NCBI GenBank assembly: GCA_051252375.1
Contig: JBPOFY010000002.1
Location: 96,001-160,000 of the forward strand
Direction: 5' to 3'
Length of the DNA stretch: 64,000 nucleotides
Source: Opitutaceae bacterium
GTDB lineage: Bacteria; Verrucomicrobiota; Verrucomicrobiia; Opitutales; Coraliomargaritaceae
The position numbers and the translations under genes are program-made. This document shows positions 21,015 through 30,258 of this stretch, piece by piece (the stretch's first letter is position 1; the number at the start of each line of letters is the position of its first letter). The notes below the pieces were generated by a model that ran no database searches, was not told the origin of the DNA, and was given only the letters and a program-made list of their open reading frames with translations.

Positions 21015-24000
21015 TTACTGGCAGGCTTCGCACTCTTCGCCATTCATCATGGCTTCGAGGGAGCAGGCTTTGACTTCGGCTTCGGTGTATTCTTGTTTCG
21101 CCGGAGCGGCATCGGTTTGGCCGGCGCGGCCGCGGATTTCCTTCTTTTTGCTGGTGGTGGCTTTCTCGATATTGGAAGCACCTAGCGTGCGGAGGTAATA
21201 AGTGGTCTTGAGCCCCTTGCGCCAGGCGTCGCGATACATGTGAGACAGTGTCTTGATGTCGGCGACGGGGAGGAAGAGATTGACCGATTGTGATTGGTCG
21301 ATCCATTTCTGACGACGCGCGGCGGCATCGATGAAGTATTTATACTCGATACCGAATGCTGTGGTGTATTTCTCGACGAGGTCTTGTGGGACGCCTTCGA
21401 TTGTATCGAGCTCGCCGTCGAAGTATTTCACTTGATCGAGCATGTCCTTGGTCCAGAGGCCGCGGTTCTTGAGGTCGCGAACGAGGTGGGCATTGAGCAC
21501 GATGAAGTCACCAGAGAGATTACTCTTCACGAAGAGATTCTTATAAGTCGGCTCGATGCAGGGTGTGGTGCCCATGATGTTCGAGATCGTCGCTGTTGGC
21601 GCGATCGCGAGGACGTTGGAGTTACGCATACCGTGCTTAGCGATCTTTTCGCGGAGTGGCTTCCAGTCCATCTTACCGGCGCGTGGCACTTCGACTTCTT
21701 CGCCACGCTCATCGGCGAGCATGTCGAGTGTGTCTTGTGGCATGAGACCGCGGTCCCACTTGGAACCTTTGTAGGAGCTGTAGGTGCCGTGCTCAGCTGC
21801 GATATCGCTGGAGGCTTCGTAGGCGTAGTAGGCAATCGCTTCCATGAACTCGTCGTTGAAATCAACGGCGGCTTGGGAGGCGAAGGCGATGTTCTTCTTA
21901 TAGAGGGCGTTTTGCAGACCCATGATACCGAGACCGATTGGGCGGTGACGGCTGTTGGCTGTCTTCGCGGCTGCGGTTGGGTAGAAGTTGATGTCGATCA
22001 CGTTGTCGAGTGCACGAACGGCGATGCTGATCGTGTCGCGGAGCTTTTCGTGGTCGAGGTTGCCATCTTTATCGAGGTGCGAGTCAAGCACGACGGAACC
22101 GAGGTTACAGACAGCGGTTTCTTCGTCGCTGGTGTTGAGTGTGATCTCGGTGCAGAGATTGGAGCTATGGATGACACCACAGTGATCTTGCGGGCTACGG
22201 ACGTTACAAGGGTCCTTGAATGTGATCCAAGGGTGACCGGTTTCGAAGATCATCTTGAGCATGGACTTCCAGAGGTCGATCGCCGGACGTTTTTGACCGA
22301 AGATTTCGCCGCGCTCGGCCATGGCTTCGTATTCGCAGTAGCGCTCTTCGAAAGCTTTGCCGTAGAGCTCGTGGAGGTCTGGGCATTCGTTGGAGCGGAA
22401 CAGGGTCCAGTCTTGGCGACCTTCCATGCGCTTCATGAACAAGTCGGGAACCCAGTTCGCGGTATTCATGTCGTGGGTACGGCGACGGTCGTCTCCGGTG
22501 TTCTTACGTAGCTCGAGGAAATCGTCGAGGTCGTTGTGCCATGTTTCGAGGTATGCACAGCCGGAACCGCGACGCTTGCCACCTTGGTTGACAGCGACGA
22601 GTTGGTCATTGTGCAACTTAAGGAATGGGATGACGCCTTGTGACTCGCCGTTGGTGCCCTTGATGAAACCACCGGTGCCGCGAACAGCTGTCCAGGAACC
22701 ACCGAGTCCCCCAGCCCACTTGGACAGGAAGGCGTTGTCGGCGATACCGCGGTGCATGATCGACTCGATGCTGTCGTCTACCTTGTAGAGGTAGCAGGAA
22801 GAGAGCTGTGAGTGGAGTGTGCCGGAGTTAAAGAGTGTTGGTGTGGAGGAGCAGAAACGACGGCTCTTGTAGAGGTTGTAGAGGCGTAGTGCGTAACCTT
22901 CGCGGTCTTCTTTCTCGTGGTGGAAGAGACCCATGGATACACGGATCCAGAAGAACTGTGGCACTTCGAGGCGGACGTGCTTCTTGGCGGTCTTATCGAC
23001 GATCAAGTAGCGATCATACATGGTCTGCACGCCGAGGTAATCGAAGTCGAGGTCGGCTGATGGATCGAGTGCCTTGGCGATGCGGTCGATATCGAAGTCG
23101 AGGAGCTTCGGGTTGACGCGGTCGATCTCGATGGCGCGCTTAAGGTATGGCTTGAATGCACGGCGGTGTGCTTCTTTGAGGTTGTCGACGCCGTCGCGAA
23201 CGATGTCCCAATCAAGCACTTCTTCGTAGATGTAAGTGAGGAGGATACGGCCTGCAAATTTAGCGAAGTCGGCATCTTTCTCGATCATGCTCTTGGCATT
23301 GAGAATGATGGTCTTCTGCAAGTCTGCGCGTTTCATCTCTGGGTAGAGTGAGCGGCGGAGTTCTTTTTCGATCGCGTCTGCGTTGAGATTGAGATCGAGA
23401 CCGATGGAGGCGAAGTCGATGCGGCGCTTGAGATCGACGGCATCCCAGAATGTGTTTTCACCGTTTTCTTCGGTGACGACGATCATGGACTCTTGCTCAG
23501 TCTCTGGCACTGGTGCGATGCCCTCTTCTTCACGAACGTGTGAGCGACGTGCACGGTAAAGGATGTAAGCCTCGGCTACCTTGAAGTGACCTTGACGCAT
23601 CATCTCTTCTTGGACGGCGTCTTGCACATCTTCGATATTGATGAAGGCTTGGCCGCCTACGTTGAGGCGATCGGTGACCGCACGTGCGATGTCGATAGCT
23701 GGCTCGGAATCGAGGTGAAGGGAAAGGAAAGACTTACGCACAGCGATCTCGATCTTGGATTCACCCCAAGGCACGACTTGACCGTTGCGGCGGATCAAAC
23801 GGATGGAGACTGGCTCGCGCTCGTCGGTGCGTAGTGACTTATTACGGCCAAACATGAGGCTACGGGCAACATCGTGCGCATCGCTCTCGATGAGTGCTTT
23901 TTCAATCAGCATATGGATGTCGTGCGTAGAAAGCTTAAGAGAACGACCTTGGTCGATTTGCTCTGCCAACACGGTGCCGACGCTGTCTGCGACCTTGGCA

Positions 24001-24263
24001 ACAAACTTTTGATTCACCTCGGTGAAGATGTCCTGCTCATCACGAGAAAGGAGTAGATCGGTCAATGCAGCACCGATTGTATCTGCGATTTCTGCGAGGT
24101 CGAAATCACGCTCACCACCTTCGGCTTCAATCTTGATTTCAGAACGGTGAAAACGGTCCTCACCGAGAACGGCAGCCCAGTCGAAACGTGGTTTTTTTTC
24201 TTTAGGTGTGGCGGCGTAGCGTTTGAGCTCGAGATCTTCTTCGAAGGAAATTTTGTTTATCAT
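21015..24263 (-). CDS. nrdA: Class I ribonucleoside-diphosphate reductase alpha subunit with multiple N-terminal ATP-cones
   Basis: STPTLFNSG, SSCY, SNLCTEI, CNLGS, APTATIS, TTYYLR, C-terminal CEACQ. Confidence 0.97.
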   Translation of the reverse strand: MINKISFEEDLELKRYAATPKEKKPRFDWAAVLGEDRFHRSEIKIEAEGGERDFDLAEIADTIGAALTDLLLSRDEQDIFTEVNQKFVAKVADSVGTVLAEQIDQGRSLKLSTHDIHMLIEKALIESDAHDVARSLMFGRNKSLRTDEREPVSIRLIRRNGQVVPWGESKIEIAVRKSFLSLHLDSEPAIDIARAVTDRLNVGGQAFINIEDVQDAVQEEMMRQGHFKVAEAYILYRARRSHVREEEGIAPVPETEQESMIVVTEENGENTFWDAVDLKRRIDFASIGLDLNLNADAIEKELRRSLYPEMKRADLQKTIILNAKSMIEKDADFAKFAGRILLTYIYEEVLDWDIVRDGVDNLKEAHRRAFKPYLKRAIEIDRVNPKLLDFDIDRIAKALDPSADLDFDYLGVQTMYDRYLIVDKTAKKHVRLEVPQFFWIRVSMGLFHHEKEDREGYALRLYNLYKSRRFCSSTPTLFNSGTLHSQLSSCYLYKVDDSIESIMHRGIADNAFLSKWAGGLGGSWTAVRGTGGFIKGTNGESQGVIPFLKLHNDQLVAVNQGGKRRGSGCAYLETWHNDLDDFLELRKNTGDDRRRTHDMNTANWVPDLFMKRMEGRQDWTLFRSNECPDLHELYGKAFEERYCEYEAMAERGEIFGQKRPAIDLWKSMLKMIFETGHPWITFKDPCNVRSPQDHCGVIHSSNLCTEITLNTSDEETAVCNLGSVVLDSHLDKDGNLDHEKLRDTISIAVRALDNVIDINFYPTAAAKTANSRHRPIGLGIMGLQNALYKKNIAFASQAAVDFNDEFMEAIAYYAYEASSDIAAEHGTYSSYKGSKWDRGLMPQDTLDMLADERGEEVEVPRAGKMDWKPLREKIAKHGMRNSNVLAIAPTATISNIMGTTPCIEPTYKNLFVKSNLSGDFIVLNAHLVRDLKNRGLWTKDMLDQVKYFDGELDTIEGVPQDLVEKYTTAFGIEYKYFIDAAARRQKWIDQSQSVNLFLPVADIKTLSHMYRDAWRKGLKTTYYLRTLGASNIEKATTSKKKEIRGRAGQTDAAPAKQEYTEAEVKACSLEAMMNGEECEACQ

Positions 24264-24326
24264 GGAAGTTGTTAGTTAGAAAGTGAATGTTGTTTGCGAT
24301 GAACAGGAGTAGTTAGTGACAATGGA

Positions 24327-24360
24327 TAAAACGGAGGCCGTGCAGGGAATCGGCCTCCGT
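24327..24360 (-). terminator. Hairpin between nrdB and nrdA (terminator-like or mRNA stabiliser)
   Basis: Perfect 10-bp stem acggaggccg/cggcctccgt, followed by a short T-run on the minus strand. Confidence 0.6.
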
Positions 24361-24377
24361 GAAAGGGTTTGAATGGC

Positions 24378-25460
<1,083 letters not shown>

Positions 25461-25650
25461 GGATAGTGGGTCTGGTTGAGTTGATTGTTAAAAATTGTAA
25501 AAAAATGCGGCGAAAACGAGGTCTTAGAGACAGCTCACGCAGCGCTTGAAGGCGTTGAAATCGAAGAAGTTAGTAGACTTTTGAGGAACAATTAGGGGTT
25601 GGTAACGATTTGGATAGTGGAAAGCCAAATGCACGTTGTCAACAAAAGCC

Positions 25651-25697
25651 ACACAAGATATACGACATTTTTTCAATTTTAACACTATATCTAGTAA
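25651..25697. promoter_or_regulatory. Tandem NrdR boxes upstream of nrdBA
   Basis: acacaagatatacgac (25651) and acactatatctagtaa (25682) resemble the acaCwAtATaTwGtg consensus and are 31 bp apart. Confidence 0.75.
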
Positions 25698-25901
25698 TTA
25701 TGCACAATTTGTTCACAATCCAATGTGAGTAAGTCATCGGTCATTTCCTTGAGAATGAGCCATTTAGCGACAATTTCGATGATGACGAAATACGAGTCGC
25801 CTAGCGCGAGTTGCGAGGGACATCGCAAATGGTAAAAAAACCGCAATAAAAGCACATTTTCGCGTAACTTTCTTTGCCAAAAGGCGATACGAGAGGTAAG
25901 C

Positions 25902-26549
<648 letters not shown>

Positions 26550-26583
26550 ACACACTTCCCACTTTAATCAGTCATTTAATATC

Positions 26584-26979
26584 ATGAAAACCACCGACCC
26601 ACGCGATCCACTCGATCAAAAGATCGACGCCCTCTTCGCCAGCCGCCCTATTAAGCCGGACAGCGACTTTGCCACGCGCGTGCTCAACGCCGCCGAGGCG
26701 ATTCCGCCGCAAGCGACCAAACGCCCCAGCGTCATGGCGCCGATCATTCGCTTCGCCTTACCAATCGCGGCCGCGATCGCACTGGCACTCACTATTGTGC
26801 AAGTGAATAAGCCGGGCACGCCCATCACACCTGCCGCCAATCTAACCGCAGCCGAAGCACAGGAAATTTTCCTATTGGAAGAAACTCTCAGTGGACTCAA
26901 CAGTTTAAGTAACCAAAGCCTAGGCGGCAGCAACTTGCTCTCCACCCTCGAAGCGCTTACATACGACATCGAATCATGA
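26584..26979 (+). CDS. Putative single-pass anti-sigma factor
   Basis: Follows the ECF gene; PDSDFATRV motif then a TM helix. Confidence 0.65.
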   Translation: MKTTDPRDPLDQKIDALFASRPIKPDSDFATRVLNAAEAIPPQATKRPSVMAPIIRFALPIAAAIALALTIVQVNKPGTPITPAANLTAAEAQEIFLLEETLSGLNSLSNQSLGGSNLLSTLEALTYDIES

Positions 26980-27491
26980 AAACATCTCTCAAACACACGC
27001 TCTTCATCATCGGCAGCCTGAGCATCAGCTTACTGCCTGTCGCAGCCAACGAAGACGCCGCGCCACCACCGCCTCCGGGCCATGAAACGCGCTTACTTCA
27101 ACATCTCTTGCAGATGGATAGCCAGGAGCTGGTGAATCTACGCCAGACGATCGAGCGCATCGAAAAGATGTCACCCGAAGAAAAGGCACGTCTCAATCAA
27201 CGGATTGGAAAAATGCACGACATGGATCCCGAACGAATCGAGAACATGCGCAAAAAGTATGAAGCCATTCCCGAAGAGACACGCCAAGCCATGCGCAATC
27301 GCTGGATGGAGATGACTCCGGAAGAACGCGATGCATGGCGCGAAAAACTGCGCGCCATGACTCCAGAAGAGCGCGACGCCGCATTTGAAGAAAATGGATT
27401 TCTACCATCACGTCCCAAAGAAGACAGGAAGGGTCCGCCTCGCGAAAGAGAGCATAAAAAGGGTTTCGAAAAAGACTCAAAAAATCTTTAA
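26976..27491 (+). CDS. Periplasmic helical-repeat protein (DUF3106-like)
   Basis: Signal peptide, repeated M(S/T)PEE(K/R) units. Confidence 0.7.
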   Translation: MKTSLKHTLFIIGSLSISLLPVAANEDAAPPPPPGHETRLLQHLLQMDSQELVNLRQTIERIEKMSPEEKARLNQRIGKMHDMDPERIENMRKKYEAIPEETRQAMRNRWMEMTPEERDAWREKLRAMTPEERDAAFEENGFLPSRPKEDRKGPPREREHKKGFEKDSKNL

Positions 27492-27564
27492 TCGATGGCT
27501 TGACAGATGAAGAATCTGAAGCAATCTCCACAACTTCGTTAGCGCTTCGGCGTTTACGGCACTT

Positions 27565-27637
<73 letters not shown>

Positions 27638-27644
27638 GGCACCG

Positions 27645-27720
<76 letters not shown>

Positions 27721-27724
27721 TTTT

Positions 27725-27757
27725 AAAACCCTAAGTCCCAAGGACTTAGGGTTTTTT
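27725..27757 (+). terminator. Rho-independent terminator after the tRNAs
   Basis: aaaa-ccctaagtcc-caa-ggacttaggg-tttttt. Confidence 0.9.
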
Positions 27758-27898
27758 AATGCCCCTACATAAGTAACGATTTGCGCCTAGTTTAGCGCTC
27801 AATCATTACTTCAAAATCTGGAAACACTGGTTTTTCAGAGCTTAATCGCAGGATTTGGAACACTTGACAAAGGCGGTGCAATCTGCTCCAATTCGACG

Positions 27899-27935
27899 AA
27901 AAGGCGGATACAAAAGGCGGATACAAAAGGCGGAA
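27899..27935. repeat. Three tandem AAAAGGCGGA(TAC) repeats, candidate integrase arm-type sites
   Basis: aaaaggcggatac aaaaggcggatac aaaaggcggaa between tRNA and integrase; a partial copy aaaggcgg lies near 27869. Confidence 0.75.
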
Positions 27936-27966
27936 AAACAAAAAAACGATCAACCAAAGACAGGCC

Positions 27967-29238
27967 ATGATACGTTCAAAACACGACTTCTCATTGACGC
28001 CCAAAAAGGGCTGTAAAAACGGCAATCTTTACCGGCATGGCCAGAAAAATCTGATTTACTGCCGCTTCTTTCATACTGCGAACGGAAAGAAGGTTGAGGT
28101 TCGCCAGTCCACCGACAGCACCACGGAAAAAGATGCGAAAACGGTGGCTTGGGTGATTTACCTCCAAGCGACCGGCCGAGCGAAAGAAGGCGAGACTCCG
28201 AACAAACCTGTGCGGAACACATCGCCGAAGATCGGAAGGGTCACACAGTTCTTAACCGAGAATCGCTCACGGTGCTGTAACCGTGCTTCTGCAAGCTCTG
28301 TGCTAGGATACGTCCAGGCTCTCAGCCGGGCAATTGAGTTGGTTGATCCAAAGACAGATTGGAAAAATGCCAATGTCTCGATACTTAACGATGAATTCGT
28401 CTACAAGTGGCGTGCAGCCAAGTATCGCGAGCGCAAGTTGGATATAAACGAACCGGCGGATGTGGATCCCTACTTCAACGCGAATATTAATTCAGAATGG
28501 AATAACGCCAAAGCTGTGTTCGGCAAAAAGGCGGTGCTAGCTTATCAAGATGCTGGCATGCACATGCCGCCTCAACTGTTCCGGATGCTGGCCGTGCCAC
28601 GTATGCCTCAAGAAGTGGATGGATTCACGGAGATCCCGGCAGCGATTGATATGCAGATGCAGATTTGCGCGCAAGCGGCTATTCACAGGGCGCGCGGACT
28701 CGACTACCAAGTGCCGGAGGGCGCGGGCTGGGAAGTGCCGACCGCGAAGGTGGCGGTCGTTTACGAAATGGCGCGCTTCTGCGCTTTGACGCAAAAAGAG
28801 ATCGCACACGCGTGGCGCGGCTGGCTATCGGCAGACCTCAAATCCCTCAACGTCGGCCCTTACCAGGATTCCAAGGGCGTCAACTTCGTCACCAAGATGA
28901 ATGCCAAAAATGGCAGCATACCGCTTAATCCGCAGCGGGTGCAGTGGTGGCTCGATATTCTCGGCACCGAGGGCGAATACCTCCTCCCGGGCGAGTATAA
29001 AACCCAGCGCACAAACTTATGCAGTCGCGAAGCGAACCCTTGGATCGGCAAGTTTTTCGGCACCGACCGAAAAAAACGCTTACACGATCTACGCAAGCAG
29101 GCCGGTAGCGACGTGTATAAAGCATCAGCCAGCTTGACGGCGGCCGCAGCATTCATCCGCGACAACGAAGAGACGGCCCGGAAGTATTATTTGCCCAAAG
29201 GTCACAACTCAGCGCAGTTCGGGGTGGTCGGGCTCTAG
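27967..29238 (+). CDS. Tyrosine recombinase/integrase (divergent)
   Basis: N-terminal arm-binding-like RQSTDSTT, C-terminal LHDLRK and ARKYY, position directly after the tRNA. Confidence 0.8.
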   Translation: MIRSKHDFSLTPKKGCKNGNLYRHGQKNLIYCRFFHTANGKKVEVRQSTDSTTEKDAKTVAWVIYLQATGRAKEGETPNKPVRNTSPKIGRVTQFLTENRSRCCNRASASSVLGYVQALSRAIELVDPKTDWKNANVSILNDEFVYKWRAAKYRERKLDINEPADVDPYFNANINSEWNNAKAVFGKKAVLAYQDAGMHMPPQLFRMLAVPRMPQEVDGFTEIPAAIDMQMQICAQAAIHRARGLDYQVPEGAGWEVPTAKVAVVYEMARFCALTQKEIAHAWRGWLSADLKSLNVGPYQDSKGVNFVTKMNAKNGSIPLNPQRVQWWLDILGTEGEYLLPGEYKTQRTNLCSREANPWIGKFFGTDRKKRLHDLRKQAGSDVYKASASLTAAAAFIRDNEETARKYYLPKGHNSAQFGVVGL

Positions 29239-29257
29239 GCCAATCATCAGGATTTGA
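29196..29257 (+). repeat. 62-bp direct repeat, copy 1 (integrase 3' end)
   Basis: caaaggtcacaactcagcgcagttcggggtggtcgggctctaggccaatcatcaggatttga. Confidence 0.95.
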
Positions 29258-29345
29258 TCGGCTCACGCTGACCCGCAGGTTGACTCATCCGGAAACGGCC
29301 ACCTTTCGAGCACTGCCGAGGGCACAGGGATCGTTCGTTTAGTTT

Positions 29346-29378
29346 AAAACTTGACTAACAGTTTTAACGCGTTATACC
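29346..29378 (+). promoter_or_regulatory. Candidate promoter with overlapping inverted repeat upstream of seqA-like gene
   Basis: TTGACT at 29351, weak TATACC at 29373, and an aaaact...agtttt palindrome spanning the -35. Confidence 0.4.
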
Positions 29379-29386
29379 GGTCAAGG

Positions 29387-29875
29387 ATGAAAACCATAGA
29401 AATAGACGACGACATCTACGACCACCTCCTAAATAATGTGCAAAGCATCGGCGAGGACGCCTCCTCCATCCTCCGCCGTCTGCTTGGCCTGAGCGAAGGA
29501 AATAGCCAAGCTACTACTGCAACAGTAGAAGCCTCTCCGATCGATAAATGCCTGAACGATCCTAGCTTTCGCTCTAGCCGCAAAGCTATAGACCGCTTCA
29601 TGTTCACGCTCACCTGGCTCTACAGGCAACAGCCCGAAGATTTTGAACGAGTTCTCCGCATTCGAGGTCGCCAAAGAGTCTATTTCTCCAAAACCGAGCG
29701 GGAAATTAATGCCAGTGGCGACAGCGCCTTCCCAAAGCAGATCCCAGAGACTCCCTACTGGGTCGTAACGAACAATGACACACCCAAGAAGCAGCGTATG
29801 CTTTTTGACGTAATGATTACTCTGAGCTATTCAAAGACCGATGCCTCACGCCTATGCCGAGCCCTAAAAGCTTAG
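29387..29875 (+). CDS. seqA: SeqA-like protein (negative modulator of replication initiation family)
   Basis: MKTIEIDDDIYDHL..IGEDASSILRRLLG and GRQRVYF..PKQIPETPYWVVTNNDT align by eye with both domains of E. coli SeqA. ATG 29387 follows aagg. Confidence 0.88.
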   Translation: MKTIEIDDDIYDHLLNNVQSIGEDASSILRRLLGLSEGNSQATTATVEASPIDKCLNDPSFRSSRKAIDRFMFTLTWLYRQQPEDFERVLRIRGRQRVYFSKTEREINASGDSAFPKQIPETPYWVVTNNDTPKKQRMLFDVMITLSYSKTDASRLCRALKA

Positions 29876-29970
29876 GCTAAATTAGTCCCTACGCGCCAAT
29901 TCAGACCCTCCCGTCCGACCTAGGCAACACCTAGCTTCAATCTACACCTGCTCACGAGTCAATAAGTGGA

Positions 29971-30032
29971 CAAAGGTCACAACTCGACGCAGTTCGGGGT
30001 GGTCGGGCTCTAGGCCAATCCTCATGATTTGA
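29971..30032 (+). repeat. 62-bp direct repeat, copy 2
   Basis: caaaggtcacaactcgacgcagttcggggtggtcgggctctaggccaatcctcatgatttga; 58/62 identical to copy 1. Confidence 0.95.
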
Positions 30033-30258
30033 CTGGTGCACACCAGCTAGTCCATTACCTAAGACCAGTTTCGAGGGGCTCCATCATCGTCGCTTATATC
30101 CTAAATATGCGGACATGCAGCCAACAGCTTTGTTTGCCACACGATTCGCCCTCAAAAGATCCAGAAACTCGGACTTTTGCTTTGCTAGTGCCTGAACAAA
30201 CGCCTTCTATCAAAGGCTCCACTCCAATTCGATGCTCTTACAGAAAATATAACAAACT

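Noticed and set aside
21294..22511. 405-aa plus-strand ORF
   Set aside because: Antisense shadow of nrdA caused by codon bias; the same applies to most short track ORFs overlapping long genes.
27967..30032. Integron (IntI with attC cassettes)
   Set aside because: No IntI-like sequence recognised, no attC-type palindromes between downstream genes, and the 62-bp repeat was seen only twice.
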